64,000 bases of DNA, from positions 13,856 to 77,855 of the forward strand of contig JBKDQY010000153.1 in assembly GCA_046341655.1 (NCBI GenBank), given 5' to 3'. This document shows, piece after piece, positions 41,753 to 54,453 of the stretch (positions are counted from its first letter, which is position 1; each line of letters starts with the position of its first letter). Source of the stretch: Betaproteobacteria bacterium. GTDB lineage: Bacteria > Pseudomonadota > Gammaproteobacteria > Burkholderiales > Burkholderiaceae_C. The notes below the pieces were generated by a model. It saw nothing but the letters and a program-made list of their open reading frames with translations. It did not search any database and was not told the DNA's origin. A program made the position numbers and the translations under genes.

Positions 41753-42846
41753 CGCGCGCGCCGCCGCCCCGGCAGGGGCCAGTGGGTGACGCTGGCGTGG
41801 TCGCGCCACCACAGCAGCGCCAGCGCCAGCGCGAACACCCCTCCGTGCAGGCCCGCCAGCGCCAGGCCCAGGCTCATGCGGCCGTCGGCCACCCAGGCCT
41901 GCGACAGGTTGATGAGGTTGTAGTACGAGACGAAGGCCAGCAGCGCGAACAGCAGGTTCCAGTTGCTGGCGCGCCGCGGCTGCGAAGCCGCCAGCGCAAT
42001 GCCCAGCAGCAGCAGGTTGGCCGCCCCCAGCACGAGGCCGATGCGCCAGGCCAGCTCGGCCTGGTGTCGCGCCGTGGGCTGGGCCAGCAGCTCGGCCGTG
42101 GGCACGGTGCGCGGCGAGCGGCTCTCGGCCGAGCGCACCGCGCGCTCGCCGGCCAGCAGCCGGTAGCTGTCGAAACTGGCGAGCACGCGATCGCCGCTGG
42201 CCAGGTCGGCGCTGTTGCGCTGGCCGCGCTCGAGCACGAGGAAGCGGTCGTCGCCCTCGCGCTCCAGCCGTCCGGCACGCGCCGAGGTCACCGACTCGGT
42301 GTGGCCGCTGCGCGTGAGAATGAACACGTTGCGCGCGTTCACGCCGTCAAGGCTCTCGCGCTCGACGAAGAACACGCGGCTGCCGTCCGACGAGGTCTGG
42401 AACACGCCGGGCGTGACTCGGGCGAGGTCGCTGCGCTGCTGGTAGCGCTCGCGCAGTTCCAGGCTCGCGCGGTTGCCCCAGGGCCACACGAAGAGCACCA
42501 GCAGCGCCACGACCAGCAGCACCGGCCAGGCCGTGCGCAACACCGGGCGCACGAAGCGGCCGATGCCCACGCCGCTGGCGAACCAGATGATCATCTCGCT
42601 GTCGCGGTACATGCGAGACAGCGCGACCACCACGGCGATGAACAGCGACAGCGCCAGCAGCGTGGGCAGCTGGCCGAGCGTGACGTAGCCCAGCAGCAGC
42701 ACCACGTCCTGGGGCGCCACGTTCCCGCTGGCCGCCTGCCCCACCGAGCGGATAAGCGCATTGGTGATCACGATGGTCAGGATGACGACGAGGGTGGCTC
42801 CGAAGCCCCGGGCGAGCTCCTTGCGGACGGTCGAATCGAATACCAT
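41749..42846 (-). CDS. lptF: LPS export ABC permease LptF
   Basis: 365 aa from ATG 42846. YjgP/YjgQ family. Divergent from pepA, as in E. coli. Confidence 0.85.
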   Translation of the reverse strand: MVFDSTVRKELARGFGATLVVILTIVITNALIRSVGQAASGNVAPQDVVLLLGYVTLGQLPTLLALSLFIAVVVALSRMYRDSEMIIWFASGVGIGRFVRPVLRTAWPVLLVVALLVLFVWPWGNRASLELRERYQQRSDLARVTPGVFQTSSDGSRVFFVERESLDGVNARNVFILTRSGHTESVTSARAGRLEREGDDRFLVLERGQRNSADLASGDRVLASFDSYRLLAGERAVRSAESRSPRTVPTAELLAQPTARHQAELAWRIGLVLGAANLLLLGIALAASQPRRASNWNLLFALLAFVSYYNLINLSQAWVADGRMSLGLALAGLHGGVFALALALLWWRDHASVTHWPLPGRRRAR

Positions 42847-42874
42847 TTCGCGCTTTACCTGCCCCTTCTGCATT

Positions 42875-44332
42875 ATGGACTTCAAGACAAGCACGGCCGG
42901 CACGGCCACCACGGCCGTCGCCGATGCGCTGCTGGTCATCGTCGCCTCGGCCGAGGCCGCTGCCGCACTCGACAAGCCGCTGGCCGACGAGTTCGCGCGG
43001 GCCGTGCGCGAAGGGGACCTGGACACCAAGCCCGCGCAGGTGCTGTACGCGCACCGCGTGGCGGGCGTGAAGGCCGCGCGAGTGGCCTTCGCCTTCGCCG
43101 GCGGCGCCACGGCGCGGGCCTTCCGCCGTGCGCTGGCCGCGGGCCTGGCTGCGCTCAAGGGCGGCGGCTCGCGCACGCTGGCCGTGTGCCCGGCCGGCTT
43201 CGGCACCCTGGCGGCCAGCCATGGCGAGGCCGTGGCCGCGGTCGCCGCCGAGGCCACCTACCTGTACCGCGAGACCAAGCCCAGCGCGCCGGCGCCGTCG
43301 CGCCTGAAGACGCTGACGGTGCTGTGCACCGACAAGGCCGAGGCCGGCGCGGTGGCCGAGGGCCTGCGCACGGGCCATGCGCTGGCCGAGGGCGTGACGC
43401 TGGCGCGCGAGTGGGCCAACCGCCCGGGCAACCACTGCACGCCCACCCACCTTGCGCAGCAGGCGCAGGCCATGGCCCGCAGCCACGGCCTGAAGGTCGA
43501 GGTGCTGGAGCGCAAGGACTGCGAGAAGCTCGGGATGGGCTCGTTCCTCGCCGTGGCGCAGGGCTCGGAGCAGCCGCCCAAGTTCATCGTCTTGCGCTGG
43601 ATGGGGGGCGCCAAGACCGATGCGCCGGTGGTGCTCGTCGGCAAGGGCATCACCTTCGACACCGGCGGCATCAGCCTCAAGCCCGCTGCCGAGATGGACG
43701 AGATGAAGTTCGACATGGGCGGCGCCGCCAGCGTGCTGGGCACCATGGCGGCCGTGGCGCGCCTGAAGGCCCGGGTCAACCTGGTCGGCATCGTCGTGGC
43801 CACCGAGAATATGCCCGGCGGCCGCGCCGTCAAGCCGGGTGACGTCGTCACCAGCATGAGCGGCCAGACCATCGAGATCCTCAACACCGACGCCGAGGGC
43901 CGCCTCATCCTGTGCGACGCGCTGACCTACGCCGAGCGCTTCAAGCCGGCGGCGGTGGTGGACATCGCCACGCTCACCGGCGCCTGCGTCATCGCGCTGG
44001 GCCACCACCGCAGCGGCCTGTTCAGCCCGGACGACGCCCTCGCCGCCGAGTTGCTGGCGGCCGGAGACGCCGCCTTCGACCCCGCCTGGCGCCTTCCGCT
44101 GGACGACGAGTACGACGAGGCGCTGAAGAGCCACTTCGCCGACATGGGCAACGTCGGCGGCCGCGCCGGTGGTGCCGTGACGGCGGCCATGTTCCTCAAG
44201 CGCTTCACCGGCAAGCTGCGCTGGGCGCACATCGACATCGCCGGCACCGCCTGGAAGAGCGGCGCCGCCAAGGGTGCCACCGGCCGCCCGGTGCCGCTGC
44301 TGACGCACTTCGTGCTCGGCCGCGCGCGCTAG
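42875..44332 (+). CDS. pepA: Leucyl aminopeptidase (M17)
   Basis: [33 protein letters not shown] and DIATLTGA are M17 signatures. Confidence 0.92.
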   Translation: MDFKTSTAGTATTAVADALLVIVASAEAAAALDKPLADEFARAVREGDLDTKPAQVLYAHRVAGVKAARVAFAFAGGATARAFRRALAAGLAALKGGGSRTLAVCPAGFGTLAASHGEAVAAVAAEATYLYRETKPSAPAPSRLKTLTVLCTDKAEAGAVAEGLRTGHALAEGVTLAREWANRPGNHCTPTHLAQQAQAMARSHGLKVEVLERKDCEKLGMGSFLAVAQGSEQPPKFIVLRWMGGAKTDAPVVLVGKGITFDTGGISLKPAAEMDEMKFDMGGAASVLGTMAAVARLKARVNLVGIVVATENMPGGRAVKPGDVVTSMSGQTIEILNTDAEGRLILCDALTYAERFKPAAVVDIATLTGACVIALGHHRSGLFSPDDALAAELLAAGDAAFDPAWRLPLDDEYDEALKSHFADMGNVGGRAGGAVTAAMFLKRFTGKLRWAHIDIAGTAWKSGAAKGATGRPVPLLTHFVLGRAR

Positions 44333-44375
44333 GCGGCCCGGCCGCCTGGCAACGCCGCCGCACGGGCCGCAGGGC

Positions 44376-44756
44376 GTGGAAATCGAGTTCCACACCGGCC
44401 TGGCCGAGCCGCTGGATCACGCCGCGCGGCTGCTGCGCAAGGCTCTGCGGGCCGGAAGTCGCGTGTGCGTGGCTTCGCCGCATTGGGAGGCGCTTTCGCG
44501 CCACCTGTGGGTGTCCGAGCCGCGGGAGTTCACGGCGCACGCGCGCCCCGGCGTCGCTGCCGCGGTGTGGCGCCGAAGCGCGCTGTGGCTGCTGCCGGCC
44601 TTCGATGCGGGCGTCGACGCGTCGCCCAGGCCCACGGTGTGGATCAACCTCGGCGCCGACGCGCCCTCGCGGCTCGATGGATGCGAGCGCCTCATCGAGC
44701 TCGTGGGCCAGGCCGCCGACGACGCTGCCGCCGGACGCCAGCGCTGGCGTGCCTAA
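44376..44756 (+). CDS. holC: DNA polymerase III chi subunit
   Basis: 126 aa with a GTG start. (V)EIEFHTGLAEPLDHAARLLRKALRAGSRV..., and the position right after pepA, match the holC pattern. Confidence 0.7.
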   Translation: MEIEFHTGLAEPLDHAARLLRKALRAGSRVCVASPHWEALSRHLWVSEPREFTAHARPGVAAAVWRRSALWLLPAFDAGVDASPRPTVWINLGADAPSRLDGCERLIELVGQAADDAAAGRQRWRA

Positions 44757-44910
44757 AAGGCGCAGGGCCTCGAGCCTGTTGTGCGTTACGACGGTCGCTG
44801 TAGGCGTCGCAGCGGGTGTGCCGCGAGGGTCCCTAGCGCTAGTCCGGATGGCACGGGGGATGGCGTGCCTACAATCCACGGGTTTTTCGTCCCCCCAGGA
44901 GGATTCCTTC

Positions 44911-46098
44911 ATGAACTTCAAGCTCTTCGCCGCCTCGGCGATGACCGTCGCCCTGCTCGCCGCCTGCGGCAAGAAGGAGCCGGCGCCTGCTCCCGCCGCT
45001 CCCGCTGCACCCGCGGCGGCGCCGGCCCCGACCACCATCAAGATCGGCCACGTCGGTCCGACCAGCGGCACCATCGCCCACTTGGGCAAGGACAACGAAA
45101 ACGGCGCCCGCATGGCGATCGACGACCTGAACGCCAAGGGCCTGACGATCCAGGGCGTGAAGGTCAAGTTCGAGCTGCTGGCCGAAGACGACGCCGGCGA
45201 CCCCAAGCAGGGCACGGCCGCGGCGCAGAAGCTGGTCGACGCCAAGGTGCACGGCGTGATCGGCCACCTCAACAGCGGCACCTCGATTCCTGCGTCCAAG
45301 ATCTACAGCGACGCCGGCATCCCCCAGATCAGCCCCTCGGCCACCAACCCGAAGTTCACCCGCCAGGGCTACGCAACCACCTTCCGCGTGGTGGCCGATG
45401 ACGTCCACCTCGGCGGCACGCTGGGCAAGTACGCCGTCACCGAGCTGAAGGGCAAGAGCATCGCCGTCATCGACGACCGCACCGCCTACGGGCAGGGCGT
45501 GGCCGACGAGTTCGAGAAGGGCGTCACCGCCGCGGGCGGCAGCGTCGTGGGCCGCGAGTTCACCAACGACAAGGCCACCGACTTCACCGGCATCCTGACC
45601 AGCCTGAAGGCCAAGAAGCCCGACGTCGTGTTCTTCGGCGGCATGGACGCCGTGGCCGGCCCGATGATGCGCCAGATGAAGCAGCTGGGCATCAAGGCCA
45701 AGTTCATGGGTGGCGACGGCATCTGCTCGGGTGAACTGCCCAAGCTGGCGGCGGGCGCGATGGCCGACGGTCAGGTCGTCTGCGCCGAGGCCGGCGGCAC
45801 CGACGAAGCCGGCAAGCCTGCGATGGACAAGTTCAAGGCCGACTTCAAGGCCAAGTTCAACGCCGACGTGCAGATCTACGCCCCGTACGTGTACGACGCC
45901 GTCAACGTGATGGTCGCGGCCATGCAGAAGGCCGACTCGGCCGACCCCAAGAAGTACCTGGCGGCGCTGAAGGCCATCGACTACCAGGGCGTGACGGGCA
46001 AGATCGCCTTCGACGAGAAGGGCGACATCAAGAACGGCGCCCTGACGCTGTACACCTACAAGGGTGGCAAGCGCGAGGCGCTGGGCATCGTGCGCTGA
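44911..46098 (+). CDS. Branched-chain amino-acid ABC transporter substrate-binding protein (LivK/LivJ family), lipoprotein form
   Basis: 395 aa. Strong SD AGGAGGA. Lipobox LLAA|C followed by an Ala/Pro linker, then IKIGHVGPTSG...GHLNSGTSIPAS...FGGMD, typical of Leu/Ile/Val-binding proteins. Confidence 0.9.
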   Translation: MNFKLFAASAMTVALLAACGKKEPAPAPAAPAAPAAAPAPTTIKIGHVGPTSGTIAHLGKDNENGARMAIDDLNAKGLTIQGVKVKFELLAEDDAGDPKQGTAAAQKLVDAKVHGVIGHLNSGTSIPASKIYSDAGIPQISPSATNPKFTRQGYATTFRVVADDVHLGGTLGKYAVTELKGKSIAVIDDRTAYGQGVADEFEKGVTAAGGSVVGREFTNDKATDFTGILTSLKAKKPDVVFFGGMDAVAGPMMRQMKQLGIKAKFMGGDGICSGELPKLAAGAMADGQVVCAEAGGTDEAGKPAMDKFKADFKAKFNADVQIYAPYVYDAVNVMVAAMQKADSADPKKYLAALKAIDYQGVTGKIAFDEKGDIKNGALTLYTYKGGKREALGIVR

Positions 46099-46122
46099 CC
46101 GGCGCGCGTTCCCGACCGACGA

Positions 46123-46150
46123 GGGCTCCCTGCGGGGAGCCCTTTTTCTT
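46123..46150 (+). terminator. Rho-independent terminator of the SBP gene
   Basis: GGGCTCCC-TGCG-GGGAGCCC followed by TTTTTCTT, 25 nt after the stop. Confidence 0.7.
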
Positions 46151-46172
46151 GCGGCGACCGGCGCGCGGGGCA

Positions 46173-46206
46173 GAAGAAAACCCGCGCCGACGGGCGTCGG
46201 GGCGGG
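46173..46206 (-). terminator. Rho-independent terminator of rpmB-rpmG
   Basis: Minus strand: CCCGCCCCGACG..CGTCGGCGCGGG stem followed by TTTTCTTC, about 25 nt after the rpmG stop. Confidence 0.55.
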
Positions 46207-46232
46207 TTTCCGGAAGGAAGTGCCGGTGCGGC

Positions 46233-46403
46233 TTACTTCAGCTTCACTTCCTTGTAGAGCACGTGCTTGCGCGCCTTGGGGTCGAACTTCAGGAACTCGA
46301 GCTTCTCGGGCGTGGTCTTCTTGTTCTTGCTCGTGGTGTAGAAGTGTCCGGTGCCGGCCGTCGACTCCAGCTTGATCTTCTCGCGTCCGCCTTTGCTGGC
46401 CAT
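46233..46403 (-). CDS. rpmG: 50S ribosomal protein L33
   Basis: My own translation (too short for the ORF track): [56 protein letters not shown]. Confidence 0.9.
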   Translation of the reverse strand: MASKGGREKIKLESTAGTGHFYTTSKNKKTTPEKLEFLKFDPKARKHVLYKEVKLK

Positions 46404-46422
46404 GGTGATGCTCCTTCGCTGA

Positions 46423-46656
46423 TCAGGCTTCGCCGCGCGCGCGCAGGTCGGCCAGGACGACGTCGATACCCTTCTTGTCGATCAGACGCAGGGCGGCATT
46501 CGTGACGCGCAGGCGCACGAAACGGTTCTCGCTCTCGACCCAGAAGCGGCGGTACTGCAGGTTCGGCAGGATCCGGCGCTTGGTCTTGTTGTTGGCGTGG
46601 GACACGTTGTTCCCGACCATCGGGCCTTTGCCCGTGACTTGGCAGACGCGTGACAT
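46423..46656 (-). CDS. rpmB: 50S ribosomal protein L28
   Basis: [28 protein letters not shown]..., 77 aa. Confidence 0.95.
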   Translation of the reverse strand: MSRVCQVTGKGPMVGNNVSHANNKTKRRILPNLQYRRFWVESENRFVRLRVTNAALRLIDKKGIDVVLADLRARGEA

Positions 46657-47111
46657 GGGTCACCTCTCCATGAACAGCCGGCACCCCGGGGCGTTTGGCT
46701 CGTCCCGCAGGACGTGGATGCCCGACGGCGGTGTGTTGCGGCTTGACCTCGCCAGAAGTGCAGGTGGCGGTTTCCTGTGCTACCCCGACGGCAGCAAAGC
46801 CCGCAAGTATAGACCGGATGGTGCCCCCCGATGATCGTCCGCCCGGTGTTGCGGGCCTCGGCACGGGACGGACCCAGCGCCCGCGCGTGCGGCGAGATGA
46901 CCTGGCGCCCGCAGAGTGGCTGCGTGCCGGTCGCCGCCAGCGCCTCGACAAGATAGCCGTCGGCTCGCAGGCGCTCGATCACGCGATCGGCGGCAACCCC
47001 CGCGGGCACGGAAAGCTTGAACAGGACCTGGCGCGGCGACTCGAGATCGATGCCTTGGCTGGCCAGTTCCTGCAGCGCCAGGTAGTCGGCCCTGTCCTCG
47101 GTGAGAACCAT
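46482..47111 (-). CDS. RraB-like (regulator of ribonuclease activity B family) protein; the 3' end is doubtful because the ORF runs on through rpmB
   Basis: The first ~100 aa from ATG 47111 ([50 protein letters not shown]...RTIIGG) follow the RraB pattern. The remaining ~105 codons are Cys/Arg-rich and overlap the rpmB promoter and CDS. Confidence 0.35.
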   Translation of the reverse strand: MVLTEDRADYLALQELASQGIDLESPRQVLFKLSVPAGVAADRVIERLRADGYLVEALAATGTQPLCGRQVISPHARALGPSRAEARNTGRTIIGGHHPVYTCGLCCRRGSTGNRHLHFWRGQAATHRRRASTSCGTSQTPRGAGCSWRGDPCHASAKSRAKARWSGTTCPTPTTRPSAGSCRTCSTAASGSRARTVSCACASRMPPCV

Positions 47112-47355
47112 AGACCACGATGCGAACGCCGCCAAGGCCCTCAGGCCCCGTGAAGGAGACAGGCTTGCGAGCAGGCGATCCAGGAGCGGGCGCTGGAGAT
47201 TGACGATCACTGGAGTCGGCGTAGGTGATCTGCCGTCCACCGGCGAACAGCCCCCACGGCCGCGTGCGACGCGCTCAGCCCTGCTGCTGCTCCAGGAAGC
47301 GCTGCGCGTCCAGCGCCGCCATGCAGCCGGTGCCGGCCGAGGTGATGGCCTGGCG

Positions 47356-49079
<1,724 letters not shown>

Positions 49080-49118
49080 GCCCGGGCCTGCCGGGCCCCC
49101 GGCCCGGCATCGGCCAGA

Positions 49119-51455
49119 ATGCCGGGCATGAGTTTCCCCCTCGGTTCGCTGCAGGGCGATCCCGGCGACGCGATCGTCTCGGGTGCAGTCGCCGACGCCA
49201 ACGGCGCGACCGGCTGGCGTCGCAGGGTCCGCCTGGGCCTGGGAGCGCTGGCGCTGCTCCTGTTCTTCCTGGCGATGGCCACCCGGCACGCGGGCGACCC
49301 GGCGTTTTCCACCTCGGGCACGGGCGAGCCGGTGCGCAACGCCGTGGGCCTGCTGGGCGCGCGGGTGTCCGACCTGGCGCTGTTCCTGTTCGGCTGGTCG
49401 GCTTGGTGGCTGCTGCCGGTGGCGTTGCGCGCCTGGCTGGGATCGCTGGCGCGCGCGCTGCGTGGCGAGCCCGCGCCGACACCGGCCGCCCGGGCGCAGG
49501 TGCTGCTGGGGCTGGCGCTGCTGCTGGCGGCCAGCTGCGCGCTGGAGTGGACGCGCCTGTACCGCTTCGAGCCCGTGCTGCCCGGCCACGCGGGTGGCGT
49601 GCTCGGGTGGTGGCTGGGGCCGATGTCGATGCAGTGGCTGGGTTTCGCCGGCTCGGGCGTGCTGTGGATCGCGGCGCTGCTGGCCGGCAGCGCGCTGGCG
49701 CTGCGCTTCTCGTGGCTGTCGGTGGTCGAGTCGGTGGGTGCCTGGGTCGACCGCCTTCGGGAGCGTCGCGTCGAGACCCGCGAGCGCGCGGAAGACGTCC
49801 GCCTGGGCGAACTGGCCGCGCGCGAGCGCGAGCACGTCGTCGTCGAGGAGCGCCAGGCAGTCGAGGAACACCCGCCGCTGGTGGTGGCGCCCCCCGCCGC
49901 ACCCCCTGCGCCCTCGGCCCGCGTGGCCAGGGAGCGCCAGCAGCCGCTGTTCGCCGAACTGAGCGACACGCGGCTGCCGCAGGTGGACCTGCTCGATGCC
50001 GCCGGCAACCGCCAGGAGACGGTCACGCCCGACTCGCTGGAGATGACCAGCCGACTCATCGAGAAGAAGCTCAAGGACTTCGGCGTCGAGGTGCGCGTGG
50101 TGGCCGCCAGCCCAGGCCCCGTGATCACGCGCTACGAGATCGAGCCCGCCCCAGGCGTGAAGGGGGCGCAGGTCGTCAACCTGGCCAAGGACCTGGCGCG
50201 CTCGCTCAGCCTCGTGAGCATCCGCGTCGTCGAGGTCATCCCGGGCAAGAACTACATGGCGCTGGAGCTGCCGAACGCGCGGCGGCAGACCATCCGCCTC
50301 TCCGAGATCCTGGGCTCGGAGGTCTACAACGCCAGCGCCTCGCTGCTGACCATGGGCCTGGGCAAGGACATCGTCGGCCACCCCGTGGTGGCCGACCTGG
50401 CGAAGATGCCGCACTGCCTGGTGGCCGGCACCACCGGCTCGGGCAAGAGCGTGGGCATCAACGCGATGATCCTGAGCCTGCTGTACAAGGCCGAGGCGCG
50501 CGACGTGCGGCTGATCCTGATCGACCCGAAGATGCTCGAGATGAGCGTCTACGAGGGCATTCCGCACCTGCTGGCGCCCGTGGTCACCGACATGAAGCAG
50601 GCCGCCAACGCGTTGAACTGGTGCGTCGGCGAGATGGAGCGCCGCTACAAGCTGATGAGCAAGCTGGGCGTGCGCAACCTGGCCGGCTACAACCGCAAGA
50701 TCGCCGAGGCCGCCGAGCGCGGAGAGAAGATCGGCAACCCCTTCAGCCTGACGCCCGAGGAGCCCGAGCCGCTGGAGCGGCTGCCGCACGTGGTGGTGGT
50801 GATCGACGAACTCGCCGACCTGATGATGGTGGTGGGCAAGAAGATCGAGGAACTGATCGCGCGGCTGGCGCAGAAAGCCCGCGCCTCGGGAATGCACCTG
50901 ATCCTGGCCACCCAGCGGCCCAGCGTCGACGTGATCACGGGCCTGATCAAGGCCAACATCCCCACCCGCATCAGTTTCCAGGTCAGCAGCAAGATCGACA
51001 GCCGAACCATCCTCGACCAGATGGGCGCCGAGGCGCTGCTGGGCATGGGCGACATGCTCTACATGGCCAGCGGCACCGGGCTGCCGGTGCGCGTGCACGG
51101 CGCGTTTGTCTCCGACGACGAGGTCCACCGCGTCGTCGAGTACCTGCGGCAGCAGGGCGAGCCCAACTACGTGGAGGGCATTCTCGAAGGCGGCGTGCTC
51201 GACGGCGAGGGCGATGCCGCGCAGGGCGGCGGCGCGGCGGCGGGCGGCGCGGGCGAGGGCGACTCCATGTACGACCAGGCCGTGGCCGTGGTGCTGCAGC
51301 ACAAGCGCGCCAGCATCTCGCTGGTACAGCGCCACCTGCGCATCGGCTACAACCGGGCGGCCCGACTGCTGGAGCAGATGGAGCAGAGCGGGCTGGTCTC
51401 GCCGATGGGCCACAACGGCAATCGCGACATCCTCGTGCCCAAGCGCGACGAATGA
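49119..51455 (+). CDS. ftsK: DNA translocase FtsK
   Basis: 778 aa. N-terminal TM helices, linker, motor domain ([40 protein letters not shown]) and gamma domain (...[23 protein letters not shown]). Confidence 0.95.
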   Translation: MPGMSFPLGSLQGDPGDAIVSGAVADANGATGWRRRVRLGLGALALLLFFLAMATRHAGDPAFSTSGTGEPVRNAVGLLGARVSDLALFLFGWSAWWLLPVALRAWLGSLARALRGEPAPTPAARAQVLLGLALLLAASCALEWTRLYRFEPVLPGHAGGVLGWWLGPMSMQWLGFAGSGVLWIAALLAGSALALRFSWLSVVESVGAWVDRLRERRVETRERAEDVRLGELAAREREHVVVEERQAVEEHPPLVVAPPAAPPAPSARVARERQQPLFAELSDTRLPQVDLLDAAGNRQETVTPDSLEMTSRLIEKKLKDFGVEVRVVAASPGPVITRYEIEPAPGVKGAQVVNLAKDLARSLSLVSIRVVEVIPGKNYMALELPNARRQTIRLSEILGSEVYNASASLLTMGLGKDIVGHPVVADLAKMPHCLVAGTTGSGKSVGINAMILSLLYKAEARDVRLILIDPKMLEMSVYEGIPHLLAPVVTDMKQAANALNWCVGEMERRYKLMSKLGVRNLAGYNRKIAEAAERGEKIGNPFSLTPEEPEPLERLPHVVVVIDELADLMMVVGKKIEELIARLAQKARASGMHLILATQRPSVDVITGLIKANIPTRISFQVSSKIDSRTILDQMGAEALLGMGDMLYMASGTGLPVRVHGAFVSDDEVHRVVEYLRQQGEPNYVEGILEGGVLDGEGDAAQGGGAAAGGAGEGDSMYDQAVAVVLQHKRASISLVQRHLRIGYNRAARLLEQMEQSGLVSPMGHNGNRDILVPKRDE

Positions 51456-52084
51456 AGACTGTCCCTGCCGGCCGCCGTGCCCTTTTGATCGCCGCCGCGG
51501 GTCTGGTGCTCGCTCCCGTGGCGCGCAGCCAGGACGCGGTGGAACGGCTGCGCGCCTTCGTGCGCGACACGCGCAGCGGCCAGGCCCAGTTCACGCAGAC
51601 CGTGACCTCGCCCGACGGCCAGCGCCGCCGCACCAGCAGCGGCGAGTTCGCGTTCGCGCGGCCCGACCGCTTCCGCTTCGTCTACCGCAAACCTTTCGAA
51701 CAGACGTTGGTGTCCGACGGCCGCAAGGTCTGGCTGCACGACCCCGACCTCAACCAGGTGAGCTCGCGCGCGCTGGGCCAGGCGCTGGCGTCGACGCCGG
51801 CGGCGCTGCTGGCCGGCGGCGCGCTGGAGCCGGCTTTCAGCCTGAGCGCCGAGGCCGCGGCGGAGGGCCTGGACTGGGTGCGCGCCACGCCGCAGGCCCG
51901 CGACGGCGCGTTCCAGTGGATGCGCGTGGGCTTCCGCGGCAACGAACTGGCCGTCATCGAGGTGCAGGACGGCTTCGGGCAGCGCACGCGGCTGGTCTTC
52001 ACGCGATTCGAGGCCAACGTGGCGCTGCCGCCCGAGCACTTCCGCTTCGTCGTGCCGCCGGGCGCGGACCTCGTCGAGCAGTAG
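51452..52084 (+). CDS. lolA: Outer-membrane lipoprotein carrier LolA
   Basis: 210 aa. Signal peptide, then ...[10 protein letters not shown]...[15 protein letters not shown]...[17 protein letters not shown]. The ATG overlaps the ftsK stop. Confidence 0.9.
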   Translation: MKTVPAGRRALLIAAAGLVLAPVARSQDAVERLRAFVRDTRSGQAQFTQTVTSPDGQRRRTSSGEFAFARPDRFRFVYRKPFEQTLVSDGRKVWLHDPDLNQVSSRALGQALASTPAALLAGGALEPAFSLSAEAAAEGLDWVRATPQARDGAFQWMRVGFRGNELAVIEVQDGFGQRTRLVFTRFEANVALPPEHFRFVVPPGADLVEQ

Positions 52085-52096
52085 CGCGGCGAGCGC

Positions 52097-53452
52097 ATGG
52101 CGCAGGAAGGGCTGTTCGAAGACCCCCCGGCGGCCGGCCCGCCGGCCCCCGGCACCGTGCCGCTGGCCGAGCGCCTGCGGCCGCGCACGCTGGACGACGT
52201 GGTCGGCCAGCGCCACCTGCTCGCGCCGGGCAAGCCCCTGCGCGTGGCCTTCGACGCCGCGCGGCTGCCGTCGATGATCCTCTGGGGCCCGCCCGGCGTC
52301 GGCAAAACGACGCTGGCGCGGCTTCTGGCCGGCGCCACCGACGCCCACTTCATCGTGTTGTCGGCCGTGCTGTCGGGCGTGAAGGAGATCCGCGAGGCCG
52401 TGGAGCAGGCGCAGCGGCTGGCCCGCCAGGGTCGCGCCACGGTGCTGTTCGTCGACGAGGTGCACCGCTTCAACAAGGCCCAGCAGGATGCGTTCCTGCC
52501 GCACGTGGAGGCGGGCCTGTTCAGCTTCATCGGCGCCACCACCGAGAACCCCAGCTTCGAGGTGAATGCCGCGCTGTTGTCGCGCGCGGCGGTGTTCGTG
52601 CTGGAGCCGCTGACCGAGGCCGACCTCGGCGAGCTGCTCGACCGCGCCCGCGCGGCCACCGGCGGCCCCGCGCTGGACGGCGCCGCGCGCGCGCAGCTGA
52701 TCGGCTTCGCCGACGGCGACGGGCGGCGGCTGCTCAACGGCTACGAGAGCGCGGTGGCCGCCAACCCGGGCGCCGCCACGCTCGGCCCGCCGCAGCTCGA
52801 GGCCGCGCTGGGCCGGCTGCTGCGCCGCGGCGACAAGGGCGGCGACGTCTTCTACGACCTGATCTCGGCGCTGCACAAGAGCGTGCGCGGATCCGACCCC
52901 GACGCCGCCCTGTACTGGCTGGCACGCATGCTCGATGCCGGCATGGATCCGCGTTATGCCGCGCGCCGGCTGGTGCGCATGGCCAGCGAGGACATCGGCC
53001 TGGCCGACCCGCGCGCGCTGGCCCTGGCGCTGGACGCCGCGGCGGCTTACGAGCGCCTGGGCTCGCCCGAGGGCGAACTGGCGCTGGCGCAGGCCACGGC
53101 CTACCTGGCCGTGGCGCCCAAGTCCAATGCCGTCTACAAGGCCTGGGGCGCGCTGCGCGAACAGGTGGGCCGCGACGGCACCCACCCGGTGCCCGTGCAC
53201 CTGCGCAACGCACCCACGGCGCTGATGAAGTCGCTGGGCCTGGGCGCCGGCTACCGCTACGCGCACGACGAGCGCGACGGTTACGCGGCTGGCGAGACCT
53301 ACCTCCCGCCCCACCTGGCGGGCCGACGCTTCTACGAGCCGGTGCCGCGCGGGCTGGAGCTGCGCATCGGCGAACGCCTGGCCGAGTGGCGCCGCCGCGA
53401 TGCCGAGGCCGACGGGAAACCCTCGGGAGAAGCGCGGGGTGCCGACACCTAG
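52097..53452 (+). CDS. rarA: Replication-associated recombination protein A (MgsA/RarA AAA+ ATPase)
   Basis: PLAERLRPRTLDDVVGQ.HLL, GPPGVGKTT, FVDEVHRFNKAQQD, ISALHKSVRGSDPDAALYWLARML, HLRNAPT. Confidence 0.93.
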   Translation: MAQEGLFEDPPAAGPPAPGTVPLAERLRPRTLDDVVGQRHLLAPGKPLRVAFDAARLPSMILWGPPGVGKTTLARLLAGATDAHFIVLSAVLSGVKEIREAVEQAQRLARQGRATVLFVDEVHRFNKAQQDAFLPHVEAGLFSFIGATTENPSFEVNAALLSRAAVFVLEPLTEADLGELLDRARAATGGPALDGAARAQLIGFADGDGRRLLNGYESAVAANPGAATLGPPQLEAALGRLLRRGDKGGDVFYDLISALHKSVRGSDPDAALYWLARMLDAGMDPRYAARRLVRMASEDIGLADPRALALALDAAAAYERLGSPEGELALAQATAYLAVAPKSNAVYKAWGALREQVGRDGTHPVPVHLRNAPTALMKSLGLGAGYRYAHDERDGYAAGETYLPPHLAGRRFYEPVPRGLELRIGERLAEWRRRDAEADGKPSGEARGADT

Positions 53453-53516
53453 AATCCGCCCGATCGACCCCGGGCCGGGTTCTTGCATGACTCCCCGGCC
53501 AACGGAGAACCCCCGA

Positions 53517-54440
53517 ATGGAAATCTTCCTCCAGCAGATCATCAACGGTCTGGTCCTGGGCAGCATGTACGCGCTCGTGGCCCTGGGCTACACGATGGTC
53601 TACGGCATCATCAACCTCATCAACTTCGCGCACGGCGAGGTGCTGATGTTCGGCGCGCTCACCAGCTGGACGGTGGTGACGCTGCTGGTCGACAGCGGGC
53701 TGCCCGGCTGGGCGCTGATGCTGGTGTCGCTGGCCTGCGCGGTGGTGGTGTGCGCGGCGCTGAACTTCGCGATCGAGAAGCTGGCCTACCGGCCGCTGCG
53801 CAATGCGCCGCGACTGGCGCCTCTGATCACCGCGATGGGCATGAGCCTGCTGCTGCAGACCATCGCGATGATTATCTGGAAGCCCAACCCCAAGCCCTAC
53901 CCGCAGTTGCTGCCCACCGAACCCATCGACCTCGGCGGCCCGGTGATCACGGTCACGCAGGTGCTGATCCTGGGCGTCACCGCCATCGTGCTGGCGGTGC
54001 TGATGTACATCGTCAACCGCACCAAGCTGGGCCGCGCCATGCGCGCCACGGCCGAGAACCCGCGCGTGGCGGCGCTGATGGGCGTGAAGCCCGACTTCGT
54101 GATCTCGGCCACCTTCGTGATCGGGGCCGTGCTCGCGGCGGTGGCCGGCATCATGTGGGCGGCCAACTACGGCACGGTACAGCACACCATGGGCTTCCTG
54201 CCCGGCCTGAAGGCCTTCACGGCCGCGGTGCTGGGGGGCATCGGCAACCTGGCCGGCGCCGTGGTGGGCGGCCTGCTGCTGGGCCTGGTGGAGGCGCTGG
54301 GCGCCGGCTACCTGGGCGCGCTGACCGGCGGCGTGCTGGGCAGCCACTACGCCGACATCTTTGCCTTCGTGGCGCTGATCCTCGTGCTCACGCTCCGGCC
54401 GCAGGGCCTGCTGGGCGAGCGCGTGGCCGACCGCGCCTGA
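53517..54440 (+). CDS. livH: Branched-chain amino-acid ABC permease LivH
   Basis: 307 aa from ATG 53517. MEIFLQQIINGLVLGSMYALVALGYTMVYG.INLINFAHGE is the canonical LivH N-terminus. Confidence 0.9.
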   Translation: MEIFLQQIINGLVLGSMYALVALGYTMVYGIINLINFAHGEVLMFGALTSWTVVTLLVDSGLPGWALMLVSLACAVVVCAALNFAIEKLAYRPLRNAPRLAPLITAMGMSLLLQTIAMIIWKPNPKPYPQLLPTEPIDLGGPVITVTQVLILGVTAIVLAVLMYIVNRTKLGRAMRATAENPRVAALMGVKPDFVISATFVIGAVLAAVAGIMWAANYGTVQHTMGFLPGLKAFTAAVLGGIGNLAGAVVGGLLLGLVEALGAGYLGALTGGVLGSHYADIFAFVALILVLTLRPQGLLGERVADRA

Positions 54441-54453
54441 GGGAGGAACCGCT

